DNA of 64,000 bases, from IMG/VR virus record IMGVR_UViG_3300025653_003319; one strand, written 5' to 3'. The notes under the pieces are model-generated. The model made no database searches. It saw nothing but the letters and a program-made list of their open reading frames with translations, and was not told the origin of the DNA. Positions 48,772 to 59,140 of the stretch are shown here, one piece after another; positions within the stretch are counted from its first letter, which is position 1; the number at the start of each line of letters is the position of its first letter. The translations under genes and the position numbers were made by a program. The stretch is from an uncultured virus (IMG/VR IMGVR_UViG_3300025653_003319). Lineage: Duplodnaviria; Heunggongvirae; Uroviricota; Caudoviricetes.

Positions 48772-50043
48772 ATGAAACCATGGAATGTTATACAAGAGTT
48801 AGAGAGCAACAATAGTTCTTTATTCAAGCAAGACGTACTAGCACAAAACATTGATAACAAAGAGTTCATTGATGGTGCTACAAAGTGTCTTGACCCATTA
48901 ATTACTTTTGGTGTTAAACAAGTACCGTTTAGTGAGCAAGATGGTGAAGGCATTACTTTTGATGAATTCAATGACCTTACTACAGACTTAGAGTTTAGAC
49001 TATTAACAGGACATGCGGCTCGTGATGCCATCCAGGCACTTTGCGATAAAGCAACTAACGAACAATGGAACGATTGGTACAGACGTATCTTAATCAAAGA
49101 CCTTCGTTGTGGCACTGGTGCTAAACTGTTTAACAAAGTACAAAAAGATATTATACCACTGTTCGGTTGTATGTTAGCACATGATGGTGCTAAACATCCT
49201 AAGAAGATCACAGGCGAATGCTTTATCGAATACAAGTATGATGGCGTAAGAGTTATTGCTATTGTGAGAAACGGTGATGCTACATTGTATTCACGTAATG
49301 GCAAACTGTTAGAAAACTTTCCACACATTAACGAAGCATTAAGTAAACCAGAGTTTGAAGGACTTGTATTTGATGGCGAGGTGATGTCAGAAGACTTCCA
49401 AACACTTATGAAGCAAGTACACAGAAAAGAAGGTGCTCAAACTGAGGATAGTTACCTTGCTGTATTTGACATGCTAACACTAGCAGAGTTTAATGCTGGT
49501 TACACACCAATGACAGCATTTGAAAGACGTGAGCGTTTGATTAGTCAACAGTCTAATTTTAATAACAGAATTACACTTGTTCAAGCAATCAATTTAGATT
49601 TAGACAGTGAACAAGGCCAAGCAAGTTTCAAAGCAATGAACAAACAGGCACTTGAAGAAGGCTATGAGGGTTTAATGATTAAACCTATACACGAAGGCTA
49701 TAAGTGTAAACGTAGTCATGCTTGGTTAAAGATCAAACCTTTCATTGAAGTAACCTTAAGTGTTGTTGCACTAGAAGAAGGCACAGGCAAGAACGAAGGC
49801 TTACTTGGTGCCCTTGTTGTAGAAGGTGAGGATGACGGTAAGTTCTTCCACCTTAATGTTGGTAGTGGACTAACAGATGAAAACAGAGAGCAAATTTGGG
49901 CAAACCAAGATGCTGTTATTGGTCAGTTAGTTGAGATTAGAGCAGATGCGGCAACACAAAGTCAAGACGCTGATGATGTATGGAGCCTAAGGTTCCCAAG
50001 GTTTAAGACCTTTAGAGGTTTTGAGTTAGGAGAGAAATTGTAA
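48772..50043 (+). CDS. ATP-dependent DNA ligase
   Basis: EYKYDGVR (KxDG), SRNGK, FDGEV, EGLMIK, WLKIK, VGSG, SLRFPRF. Confidence 0.94.
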   Translation: MKPWNVIQELESNNSSLFKQDVLAQNIDNKEFIDGATKCLDPLITFGVKQVPFSEQDGEGITFDEFNDLTTDLEFRLLTGHAARDAIQALCDKATNEQWNDWYRRILIKDLRCGTGAKLFNKVQKDIIPLFGCMLAHDGAKHPKKITGECFIEYKYDGVRVIAIVRNGDATLYSRNGKLLENFPHINEALSKPEFEGLVFDGEVMSEDFQTLMKQVHRKEGAQTEDSYLAVFDMLTLAEFNAGYTPMTAFERRERLISQQSNFNNRITLVQAINLDLDSEQGQASFKAMNKQALEEGYEGLMIKPIHEGYKCKRSHAWLKIKPFIEVTLSVVALEEGTGKNEGLLGALVVEGEDDGKFFHLNVGSGLTDENREQIWANQDAVIGQLVEIRADAATQSQDADDVWSLRFPRFKTFRGFELGEKL

Positions 50044-50216
50044 TGTACGATAAGATTGAAAACAGACAACTGTCTAGAAGGGAAAGGATTTTACTTGACC
50101 CACTAGGTGCAAGTGAAAAAAGCGATAAGGCTAAACGAACTAAAGACGAGAAAGAAGGTTCGTTTTATGGCTACAACGAAAAAGCGGATAACTACTACCC
50201 AGGACTAGACGACTAA
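50043..50216 (+). CDS. hypothetical small protein (not in ORF track)
   Basis: 57 aa MYDKIENRQL...YPGLDD; TAATG coupling at both ends. Confidence 0.55.
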   Translation: MYDKIENRQLSRRERILLDPLGASEKSDKAKRTKDEKEGSFYGYNEKADNYYPGLDD

Positions 50217-50752
50217 TGCCTAATTGGTGTAGTAATCATATTGTAATAGAAGGACCTACAGATAAGGTCGAAGCAATATGGAGTAAAGCAAGTGATGAAT
50301 CTGATGAAGGATTATTAAGTGCCTTACACCCAATCGGAGAATGGGATTATCATAAAGCAGTTGATGAATGGGGTACTAAATGGGACGTACCTATAACTGA
50401 TAGTAATTTAGAATTTGAAAAAATCAATGACAGCACTTCTGCTATTGTTGGTTACTTTGAAAGTGCCTGGTCCCCACCTTTAAATGCTATCATGAATTAC
50501 GAACAGGCTAATCCAGATGTTGATATACATTGTATGTATTATGAACCTGCAAATGACTTTGTTGGTTCTAATCACTATGGTGATTTTGAAATATCTAGTC
50601 AACCTAGAAGTTTTTGGGAAACAGATTCAGCAGGACAAGATTTAGATGGTACTTTTTATGTATTAGAAATGCTAGACGAGTATCAAGACGAATTAGAAGA
50701 TGAGCATCTAGATGATGATACACTGGTCGACCCGGAGAAGTTACCAGAATGA
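50216..50752 (+). CDS. DUF1281/YubB-like protein
   Basis: MPNWCSN, WGTKWD, FESAWSPP, YYEP. Confidence 0.75.
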   Translation: MPNWCSNHIVIEGPTDKVEAIWSKASDESDEGLLSALHPIGEWDYHKAVDEWGTKWDVPITDSNLEFEKINDSTSAIVGYFESAWSPPLNAIMNYEQANPDVDIHCMYYEPANDFVGSNHYGDFEISSQPRSFWETDSAGQDLDGTFYVLEMLDEYQDELEDEHLDDDTLVDPEKLPE

Positions 50753-51063
50753 AAAAGTGGGAAGAATTTTTAGAAAGTGATACAAGGCATCATTTAGGTG
50801 GTCGCCAACGTATATACAAATTTCCAAATGGGTTTGGTGCAAGTGTAATACCAGAATACGAATTCACAGAAGACAACGAGCATGATGAACACCTTGACCC
50901 AGAAGATACTAATAAAATGAAACCCATGAAGGGTTGGTATGAAATTGCTGTTTTAGATTATGATGGTGAATTATGTTATAATACCGAAGTCACAGACGAT
51001 GTACTTAGACACCAGTGTGATCCAGATGTAGATAACATACTAGGACAAATAAGTAGATTATGA
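50749..51063 (+). CDS. hypothetical phage protein
   Basis: YKFPNGFGASVI...YEIAVL...TDDV. Confidence 0.7.
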   Translation: MKKWEEFLESDTRHHLGGRQRIYKFPNGFGASVIPEYEFTEDNEHDEHLDPEDTNKMKPMKGWYEIAVLDYDGELCYNTEVTDDVLRHQCDPDVDNILGQISRL

Positions 51064-51333
51064 AAAAGGTAGCAGAATGGTTAGAAATATGTAAAGTGCA
51101 TTGGAAAGAAATCTTTGCACTTTCGTTTATATTGCATTTTGTATTCGATGGTTTTATTTTAATAATAGGTATAATAATAGGAGCAAATCTTAAATGAAAA
51201 AACTCAAAAGTCCAGTGAGTACTTTAACACACACCACAAGAGAAGTTGCGTTACATTTCTTAAAATGGAGAGAGCAACAAAAGAAAAATTCTTTAATTGG
51301 GCACAATGGTGGCCCTAAAATATAAATATTATT

Positions 51334-51606
51334 ATGGGACAATACGACGAAGTAGTAGAAAGGCAAAGGCAATTACTTGCCGCGGAGGAATGGGCAAAAG
51401 GTGTTAAATCCATACATGCTCATAGTTTAAGTTCAATGTGGTACGACGATCATCCGGAGCATACATCAGAAGGCAAGTATGTAACCGATGTCGAATACAA
51501 TAACGGAGTAGTTGAAAGACTTCTATCAGATGGTACAAAACACTTATTTGGCAAAGCACTAACAGGTGACTATCTAATACAAGAGTATACAAGACACTCT
51601 GCATGA
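51334..51606 (+). CDS. hypothetical protein
   Basis: 90 aa; TATAAATA lies 5 nt upstream of the ATG. Confidence 0.65.
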   Translation: MGQYDEVVERQRQLLAAEEWAKGVKSIHAHSLSSMWYDDHPEHTSEGKYVTDVEYNNGVVERLLSDGTKHLFGKALTGDYLIQEYTRHSA

Positions 51607-52844
51607 AAGAAATCCTAGTAATACCTTATTGGGAAGACTTTGATGATATACTAGGAAAATCTCGTCCTGCTAGGCTTTGCAATAGAGCATTAGAACACCC
51701 AATATCACAAGATGCCACTCAAAACTTGGTTTTAATGAGATCAATTGAACAGTTAGAACAACTCATTGAATCTGGAGAGAACAATCTTACTATCCAGTTT
51801 GGATTGCACATGAGGCCACAGTTAGATTATGAAACAGGTAATAAATTATTTGACATTGTAGAGCGTCTATCTAAATGTAAAAATTTTCATAATCTCAAAT
51901 GGCGATTTGCTAATGGCTGGGATATTTATAATTTAGATGAAGAAGCAAGACGCAATTGGTTAATAGATCAAACTAGATTAATTAAACAAGAAAATATCAG
52001 TATCCATATAAACAATTTTTTTACAGTAAAAGATTATAAAAAAGTTTTACCAAATGCAGATATACAATTCCATAATGTATATTACAATAGAGTATACTCC
52101 AATAATGAAAAACTTAATTTTCAGCCTTCCAAAAACAAACGCCAAAAACATTGCGTATCATTCAATGGAAGAATATGTTGGCACAGAGATCAAATTGTAA
52201 ATCACATAGAAAGTAACTATAGAGATAAATGTCATTATAGTTATATTGAAAAGAGTATTTCATTAGGCACTCAAATTTCAGAAGATACCGATACTGGTAC
52301 AAAACTTCATAGAGAAATGTTTAATAGAAATTTTGAAGATTGGATGATGAAACCATCGTATAATGTATTAAATGATTCGTATGCACAGATTGTAACTGAA
52401 ACATTCTTTGAGCCTAATTCTATTGCAGTAGCATTTAACGGTATAGATCCAAACGGAAATGATGATATAAATATCAAAGCAATTGGAGAAGCAAACGGAT
52501 TGATAACGGAAAAAATATATAAAACATTTTTTTTCGAGCAACCGTTATTAGTTGTTGCTTTTCCGCACACATTAAAAATACTTAAAGAAATAGGCTACAA
52601 AACATTTCCTGAATTTTTTAATGAGGAGTATGATGCTGAGGAAAATCATCATATTAGAATGCAAAAAGTAATTAACAGCATAGACGAATTTATGAAAATG
52701 GATATCAACGAAGTCCATGAACTGTATCATAGTGATTCTGTCCAAGAAAAACTAAAACACAATAAAAAATTGTTATTAAAAAACACTATTGAATCTCCAA
52801 TAAACAAATGGATAATACCTAACAAACAATACCAACTATCCTAA
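51603..52844 (+). CDS. putative glycosyltransferase-like protein (GT10-like 'TEK' family), paralog 1
   Basis: SFN.R...HR, IVTET...ITEKIYK...P...LK.IGYKTF.....EEYD, shared with 59131 and 60498. Confidence 0.55.
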   Translation: MKEILVIPYWEDFDDILGKSRPARLCNRALEHPISQDATQNLVLMRSIEQLEQLIESGENNLTIQFGLHMRPQLDYETGNKLFDIVERLSKCKNFHNLKWRFANGWDIYNLDEEARRNWLIDQTRLIKQENISIHINNFFTVKDYKKVLPNADIQFHNVYYNRVYSNNEKLNFQPSKNKRQKHCVSFNGRICWHRDQIVNHIESNYRDKCHYSYIEKSISLGTQISEDTDTGTKLHREMFNRNFEDWMMKPSYNVLNDSYAQIVTETFFEPNSIAVAFNGIDPNGNDDINIKAIGEANGLITEKIYKTFFFEQPLLVVAFPHTLKILKEIGYKTFPEFFNEEYDAEENHHIRMQKVINSIDEFMKMDINEVHELYHSDSVQEKLKHNKKLLLKNTIESPINKWIIPNKQYQLS

Positions 52845-52910
52845 AAAGCAAAACAAATCTCTGATAAATATGAGTGTACTAGAAATTAGTACCGAGACAT
52901 AAAACAGGAG

Positions 52911-54239
52911 ATGAAAATGGCCTCAATCGGATTCATCGGAGTAGGTAAGTTAGGACAAGCCTGCGCCGAAATGGTCGCCGAGGTCCATGATGTTGTCGGT
53001 TATGACGTTAACCCTGTAGAGCCTGAAAACTTTACAATGGTTGACAATATGGAAGATGCTGTACGAGGACAAGATATTGTCTTTATTGCTGTACCTACTC
53101 CACATGATCCACAGTATGATGGAAAGGCACCTACCAGCCATTTACCAAACAAGGACTTTGATTATAGAATAGTCAAAGACATTCTTAGTAAAGTAAATGC
53201 TGTAGCGACCCAAGAACAATTAATAGTCCTTATATCAACAGTACTTCCAGGTACTGTTAGAAGAGAATTTATTCCATTAATTACCAACACAAGATTTGTG
53301 TATAATCCATACTTAATTGCTATGGGTACAGTAAAGTGGGATATGGTAAATCCAGAAATGGTAATGATTGGAACAGAAGATGGAAGTGAAACAGGTGATG
53401 CAAAAGAACTTGTGGACTTCTACAAAACAATAATGCAAAACGATCCTAAGTACATTATAGGTACATGGGACGAATGCGAATGTATTAAAGTTTTTTATAA
53501 TACATTTATATCAGCAAAAGTAAGTTTAGTAAATATGATACAAGATGTTGCAGAAAAGCAAGGCAACATTAATGCAGAAGTAGTATGTGATGCACTTGCA
53601 AACTCAGACAGACGTATTATGGGACCAGGTTATATGAAACCAGGTATGGGCGATGGCGGTGCTTGTCACCCCAGAGATAACATTGCTCTACGTTGGATGG
53701 CAGAGGACTTGGATTTAGGATATGATCTATTTGATGCTGTAATGCTTTCAAGAGAAGTACAAGCAGAGAATATGGCAAAACGTTTAATGGAACTTGCAGG
53801 GGATCAACACCCAGCATTTGGTTTAGTACCAAGCATGCCTATTATCATTGTTGGTAAAGCATACAAGCCATTAGTACCATATGAAACAGGTTCTAGTAGT
53901 ATGCTAGTAGGTCACTACATTGATAAAGCAGGTTATGATTTACATTACTATGATGAACAAACAGGCGATGTTCCGCCTAGCGACATACTTAGTAATCCTG
54001 CAGTTTATTTGTTAGCACATAATCCAGAAGTAACGTACGGTGACCAATTAGATACTGTACCAAATTGGTATGGCGAGCATAATGTTACTGACTGTGATGA
54101 AGCATTGAGTGTGAAAACAGGCAATGGTTCAGAACTTAGTTTTGCACCAAACAGTATTGTAGTAGACCCATGGCGTAAGACACCTGACATTGATGGTGTC
54201 TCAGTTATACATTACGGAAATACTAGAGGAGTCAAATGA
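52911..54239 (+). CDS. UDP-glucose/GDP-mannose dehydrogenase family protein
   Basis: GVGKLG, IAVPTP, STVLPGT, YNP, K.FYN, GGACHPRD, GKAYKP. Confidence 0.9.
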   Translation: MKMASIGFIGVGKLGQACAEMVAEVHDVVGYDVNPVEPENFTMVDNMEDAVRGQDIVFIAVPTPHDPQYDGKAPTSHLPNKDFDYRIVKDILSKVNAVATQEQLIVLISTVLPGTVRREFIPLITNTRFVYNPYLIAMGTVKWDMVNPEMVMIGTEDGSETGDAKELVDFYKTIMQNDPKYIIGTWDECECIKVFYNTFISAKVSLVNMIQDVAEKQGNINAEVVCDALANSDRRIMGPGYMKPGMGDGGACHPRDNIALRWMAEDLDLGYDLFDAVMLSREVQAENMAKRLMELAGDQHPAFGLVPSMPIIIVGKAYKPLVPYETGSSSMLVGHYIDKAGYDLHYYDEQTGDVPPSDILSNPAVYLLAHNPEVTYGDQLDTVPNWYGEHNVTDCDEALSVKTGNGSELSFAPNSIVVDPWRKTPDIDGVSVIHYGNTRGVK

Positions 54240-55030
54240 ACATAGATCAACAAATACTTGATCACTTATTCCATAAGTGGGGTAGTGACAGTGAAAAACT
54301 TGCACTAAACGAGCAGTATCGCTATACCCCTCCCTACCCTACTTTGGCTTTAGATGATTTTATACCTTATAATGTAGCAAAATTACTTTACGAGGAAAGC
54401 CAAACCATACCTAAAAAGTATTGGACAACATTTACAAGAGCAGACAGTTATATGGAAGAGTGTAAAGACTTAACTGAGGCTCCTGTAGCACGTGGTGTTG
54501 TTAGTGCATTACACAGCAGAGAGTTTTTAACATGGCTCAGCCAAGTGTGTGATGTACAACATCTATTACCAGACCCATACTTAACTGGTGCTGGTTATAT
54601 GAAAAGTTACAAAGGCGACAGTTTAAAAATACACTCAGACTTTAATTGGAACGAAGAGTGCCAAACACACAGAGCATTAAGTTTAATATTATACTTCACA
54701 CCAGACTGGGATGAAGCATGGCACGGTGATTTACAGTTTTGGGATTTTGATAAAACAGAAAAGATAGTAAGTTATCCACCTAAGATGGGCAACGTGGTTG
54801 TGTGGAAATATCACAAACGTGGTTTCCATGGACACCCAAATCCAATTGAATGTCCTGAGGATAAATTTAGAGTTGGCTTTAGAACATTTTATTATATAGC
54901 AGACAGTAAACACGATTGGAGAGATCCTCCACACAAAAGTTTATACTGGTATGACAAAGAAAAGAATCAACCTTACCATTTAGAAAACGAATACGGACAC
55001 GGTAAATTGGATGACAACGGTGAAAAATAA
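54236..55030 (+). CDS. 2OG-Fe(II) oxygenase (prolyl-hydroxylase-like)
   Basis: PYP...DDF, LKIHSDFN (HxD), W...WHGDLQFW, FHGH...R. Confidence 0.85.
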   Translation: MNIDQQILDHLFHKWGSDSEKLALNEQYRYTPPYPTLALDDFIPYNVAKLLYEESQTIPKKYWTTFTRADSYMEECKDLTEAPVARGVVSALHSREFLTWLSQVCDVQHLLPDPYLTGAGYMKSYKGDSLKIHSDFNWNEECQTHRALSLILYFTPDWDEAWHGDLQFWDFDKTEKIVSYPPKMGNVVVWKYHKRGFHGHPNPIECPEDKFRVGFRTFYYIADSKHDWRDPPHKSLYWYDKEKNQPYHLENEYGHGKLDDNGEK

Positions 55031-55946
55031 TTACACTTATCAAGGACCGCTTAATGGCGGTTATGCTATACAGGACAAAGCCATTACATCAGAACTTAGA
55101 GACTTTTGTGAAAGCACATACGAGTGGCGAGACTTCTTTGCCGCTGATGGTGTTACAGATCACAGAGAAAAGTTTATTGAGATATTCGGTAGATGGATTC
55201 GCAGTAGTGAATTAAATACCATCGACGGATTAGATGCTTTCTCTCATGTTACTCAAACTAATGGTACCAGCGAAGCATTCAGTATGTTTATGCAACGTCA
55301 TATAGACAAGAACTTTAAATTTTTTAAAGGCGACTTTATGATGCACAAAGTTGCTTGTAATAATATGAATGCTAACTGGGAATGGATTTATAACTATGGA
55401 CAAATTACAGAAGGTGACGCAGTAATTATTAGTTGTCCTTTTAGTGACACAGGCAGATTAAAAGAAGACATGCACGAGTTGTTAGAGTGGTGCACAATTA
55501 ATAACGTACCAGTACTAATAGATATGGCCTACTTTGGTATGTGCTACGGTTTAAATATAAATGTTGATCAGCCATGTGTAGAAGAAGTTACATTTAGTTT
55601 AGGTAAAACATTTCCTTTAATAGGTGCTAGAGCAGGCATACGTTTACAACGTAAAGAAATAGATGATGCTGTACTATTTGCTAACCAACATGGTATAGTA
55701 AATAACTTTGGTGCTATGATAGGCGAGTTTGCCATGAGTGCTTGGGGACCAGACTATATACCTAACAAGTACATGAAAACACAATGGGTAGTTTGCAATA
55801 AATTAAAATTAAAACCAACTAGTTGTATTATTTTTGCCCAAAGCAATCGCACAGAGCACGACCAGTTTAATAGAGGAAACGATCTTACAAGACTTTGTAT
55901 ATCAAAATTACTAGTAGAGGAATATGAACGAACCAAAGCATTGTAG
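55011..55946 (+). CDS. PLP-dependent transferase (fold type I)-like protein
   Basis: TNGTSEAF, P...TG, VLIDMAY, FSLGKTF...RAG (PLP lysine). Confidence 0.7.
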   Translation: MTTVKNNYTYQGPLNGGYAIQDKAITSELRDFCESTYEWRDFFAADGVTDHREKFIEIFGRWIRSSELNTIDGLDAFSHVTQTNGTSEAFSMFMQRHIDKNFKFFKGDFMMHKVACNNMNANWEWIYNYGQITEGDAVIISCPFSDTGRLKEDMHELLEWCTINNVPVLIDMAYFGMCYGLNINVDQPCVEEVTFSLGKTFPLIGARAGIRLQRKEIDDAVLFANQHGIVNNFGAMIGEFAMSAWGPDYIPNKYMKTQWVVCNKLKLKPTSCIIFAQSNRTEHDQFNRGNDLTRLCISKLLVEEYERTKAL

Positions 55947-57150
55947 TTTACTGTGGACACACCTCAGTAACGAACCAGGCGGAACTTGTAGAAGTTGCTG
56001 TATTGCTCGTGAAAGAATTTCACGACCAGATGGTTCAGACTACACGTTAGGGGAAGATTCAATAAGGGACATTTTTCATAGTGATTATATGAAAAATTTA
56101 AGGCAGGAAATTCGCGAAGGCAAGACGCCGGATAATTGTGCTACATGTTGGATAGATGAAGACAATGGTAAAGAGTCTAAGCGACAGTTATACAACGGAT
56201 ACGCAGAATGGAGATACCCAGATGGAATAGATTACGAGGCTGAACCCGATATGCCGCGGGACTATCAACTTATATTAGGAAACGCATGTAATTTGAAATG
56301 TAGAACTTGTAATGCAAATTACAGCAGTAAATGGAGAAAAGAATCTATAGATAGAAACATAGAATTCTGGGAACCACCCTCTAAGATAGATTTACACGAC
56401 TTAGAACAATCTCAGTTTTGGCTAGACATAGAGGATTGGTTACCCCATGTTAGAGTTTTAGAAATAATGGGTGGCGAGCCTTTCTATATGAAAGAGTTTC
56501 GCAAACTCATTGACAAGTTAGTGGACATGGGAGTAAGCAAAAATATAATGATTACTCTCAGCACTAACGGCACATTCTACAATGACAAACTAATAGATAA
56601 AATTGTAGGCAACTTTGAGAACTTAGGGTTCAACATAAGTTTAGATGGCATAGAGCAAAAGTTTGATTATCTACGCCATGGAGATAGTTGGAATAATGTA
56701 GTAGAGAACTTAGATAAGTTTTATAAGTTACACACAGAGCACGATCATGTTAATATAAATGTGACACATACTGTGAGTGTGTGGAATTTCTTTTATCTAA
56801 GAGAGTTTCATCATTATTTTGAAACAGTTTATCCTGAATTTTTAATTTGGAATAACCTAGTACACTTTCCAGAATGGTGCGAAGCAAATGTTGTTCCGTC
56901 ACCAGCAAAAGAACAAATTATAGATAAAGTACGCAATCCTGAAAAATACGGTTTGCCTGCTTGGGAACAAACAAAGTATAATAAAGACATAGCACCGTTA
57001 GTTGCTCATGCTGGTACTGACAGCACAGAAGAACATTGGCAAAAATTTATAGAACAAGTCAATGCTGGTGATGTGTATAGGAGCGAAAGTTTTGAAGAAA
57101 CATTTACAGAACTTTATAATGTAGTAAAGGGAGACATGATAAGTATATAA
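55924..57150 (+). CDS. radical SAM protein with N-terminal SPASM/twitch-like Cys domain
   Basis: CNLKCRTC, GGEP, TNG, SLDG; N-terminal C...CRSCC...CATC. Confidence 0.88.
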   Translation: MNEPKHCSLLWTHLSNEPGGTCRSCCIARERISRPDGSDYTLGEDSIRDIFHSDYMKNLRQEIREGKTPDNCATCWIDEDNGKESKRQLYNGYAEWRYPDGIDYEAEPDMPRDYQLILGNACNLKCRTCNANYSSKWRKESIDRNIEFWEPPSKIDLHDLEQSQFWLDIEDWLPHVRVLEIMGGEPFYMKEFRKLIDKLVDMGVSKNIMITLSTNGTFYNDKLIDKIVGNFENLGFNISLDGIEQKFDYLRHGDSWNNVVENLDKFYKLHTEHDHVNINVTHTVSVWNFFYLREFHHYFETVYPEFLIWNNLVHFPEWCEANVVPSPAKEQIIDKVRNPEKYGLPAWEQTKYNKDIAPLVAHAGTDSTEEHWQKFIEQVNAGDVYRSESFEETFTELYNVVKGDMISI

Positions 57151-57151
57151 C

Positions 57152-57334
57152 ATGGCAAAGAATAGTAAAAGCAAACCAGAGATAGGAGATCGCATAGAAC
57201 ACACTTGTAGTCTTAATGGCAAATTTGAAGGCAAGGTTGTAGAACTATTAGCAATGCAATTTGTATATGAGACTAAAGAAGGTCATCGTAGATTTTGCTT
57301 GTTTAGAGAATTATGGAAAAAGATAGATGAATAA
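57152..57334 (+). CDS. hypothetical protein
   Basis: 60 aa, SH3-like IGDRIEH...GKVVEL. Confidence 0.6.
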   Translation: MAKNSKSKPEIGDRIEHTCSLNGKFEGKVVELLAMQFVYETKEGHRRFCLFRELWKKIDE

Positions 57335-57480
57335 GAAAAAGAAAAAAGAATTTGATATGTCTGACCTGGGCGGTATCAGAGATGAATGGAAAAATGTTAA
57401 TTGGGATCTCGTACAACGTATGCGATTTATGAATGCTGATGCAGAAATAGATCCAGCAGATGGTTACGAATTAAAAAAGA

Positions 57481-57930
57481 GTGATGAAGACTAGATATTA
57501 CATATTAGCAGGTATAGTTTACACATTGCTTATAGGCTTTACTGCAAGTTCAATTCAACAAAGAATTACAAGTGAAGTAATTAAAGACCAATGTTTTATA
57601 GATGGCTGTACAAAAGTATATGAATTCACAGGTGAAGTCGGTGGCGAAGAATGGGAAGAATTAATTGTTATTGCTGAAGAGTACCAAGAAGAAGCAGAGA
57701 TGTGGAAAGCCGATGCTGAAGCAAAATGGGAAAGTGAAGAAAATCCGTACTACAAAGCAGGTAGTGAATCAGATGCTGACGCATACATAAATTTATTTTT
57801 TATGTTATCAGATCCAATCAATTGGGTATTCACATTGATAATTGCTACATTTATAGCAGGTTTCTATCTAGCATTTTACAGTTGTAAACTTTGGATAGAA
57901 AGATATTTTAAAGGAAACGATGATGAGTAA
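57481..57930 (+). CDS. hypothetical membrane protein
   Basis: N- and C-terminal hydrophobic helices. Confidence 0.6.
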   Translation: MMKTRYYILAGIVYTLLIGFTASSIQQRITSEVIKDQCFIDGCTKVYEFTGEVGGEEWEELIVIAEEYQEEAEMWKADAEAKWESEENPYYKAGSESDADAYINLFFMLSDPINWVFTLIIATFIAGFYLAFYSCKLWIERYFKGNDDE

Positions 57931-59140
57931 AACATACTGCCCATTACCGTTCACGCATTTAGCAACACACCCACATGGCGGGTGTACATTATGCTGTATA
58001 AGTGATCACAAAAATGGAGCAAGTAGAAGTAAAAATTACAAAGAAGACGGCGGTAACGAATGGTTAGACTTAAATAATCATAGCATAGGCGACATTATGA
58101 ATTCTGACTACTACAAAGAAGTTAGATTGCAAATGTTAAACGATGAAGAACCAGCCGCATGTACAAGGTGTTATGATGAAGAAAGAAAAGGTATTACCAG
58201 TAAACGTCAGTCAGAGTCCGAGGTATTTACGCACTTCGGCCCCGATAGAGCAAAAGAACTTACTAGAGAAGACGGCCATATTGATTTGGATCTTCGTTTT
58301 GTTGAACTTCGTCTTGGTAATCTGTGTAATGTCAGGTGTCGTACTTGCAATCCAGCAAGTTCATCTCAGTGGCGTAATGATTATAAAAAAATTGAAGCAA
58401 GCCTGGACTTCGTTACGAAATATGGTAACATAGACAAAGACGAATACAAGTGGCCTGAAGAAGATGCTTTTTGGGACGACTTATTTGATTCAGCACCCAA
58501 CTTAGAATTGGTATATATAAATGGTGGCGAACCAACACTGATTAAAAAACATTGGGAATATTTAGAAAAATTAATAGCGGCCGATAGAGCAAAGAATATG
58601 ACTCTATGGTATAATATTAACATGACAAACTTACCAGAGAAAACATTTGATATATGGAAACAGTTTGGCAAGATCCAAGTAAGTGCTAGTATAGATGATT
58701 TAGGCGACCGTAATTATTATATTAGACATCCAAGTGATTGGAAAACAGTAACAGGGCACTTAGAACAAATTATGGCTGAGGACTGGATAGAAACCAGTAT
58801 ATGTCAAACAGTCAGTGCCTACAACTATCCTTACTTAGGAGAGTTTCATAATTGGGCATCAAAAGAGTTAGGACTACATGTACATCTAAACTATGTGTAT
58901 GATCCTACATTTTTAAGTCCTAAAGTAATACACCCAGAAGCAAGAACACAAATACACTCACAGTTTAGAAAAGACTTTGGTAATCATCACGGATTAGGCA
59001 ATCTGTTATCTATGTTTGATAACGACGAGTGGGACGAGGATGGTTGGAAAAAGTTTAAAATCTATAACGATCAACTCGATAAAATTAGAGAACAAGATTG
59101 GCGAAAAGTGTTCCCTAAATTAGTCGAGTTATGCGAATGA
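57920..59140 (+). CDS. radical SAM protein with N-terminal SPASM/twitch-like Cys domain (paralog)
   Basis: CNVRCRTC, GGEP, SIDD; N-terminal CPLPF...CTLCC...CTRC. Confidence 0.88.
   Translation: MMSKTYCPLPFTHLATHPHGGCTLCCISDHKNGASRSKNYKEDGGNEWLDLNNHSIGDIMNSDYYKEVRLQMLNDEEPAACTRCYDEERKGITSKRQSESEVFTHFGPDRAKELTREDGHIDLDLRFVELRLGNLCNVRCRTCNPASSSQWRNDYKKIEASLDFVTKYGNIDKDEYKWPEEDAFWDDLFDSAPNLELVYINGGEPTLIKKHWEYLEKLIAADRAKNMTLWYNINMTNLPEKTFDIWKQFGKIQVSASIDDLGDRNYYIRHPSDWKTVTGHLEQIMAEDWIETSICQTVSAYNYPYLGEFHNWASKELGLHVHLNYVYDPTFLSPKVIHPEARTQIHSQFRKDFGNHHGLGNLLSMFDNDEWDEDGWKKFKIYNDQLDKIREQDWRKVFPKLVELCE

Noticed and set aside
48744..49328. 194-aa minus-strand ORF
   Set aside because: Antisense to the well-supported DNA ligase; no motif or RBS.
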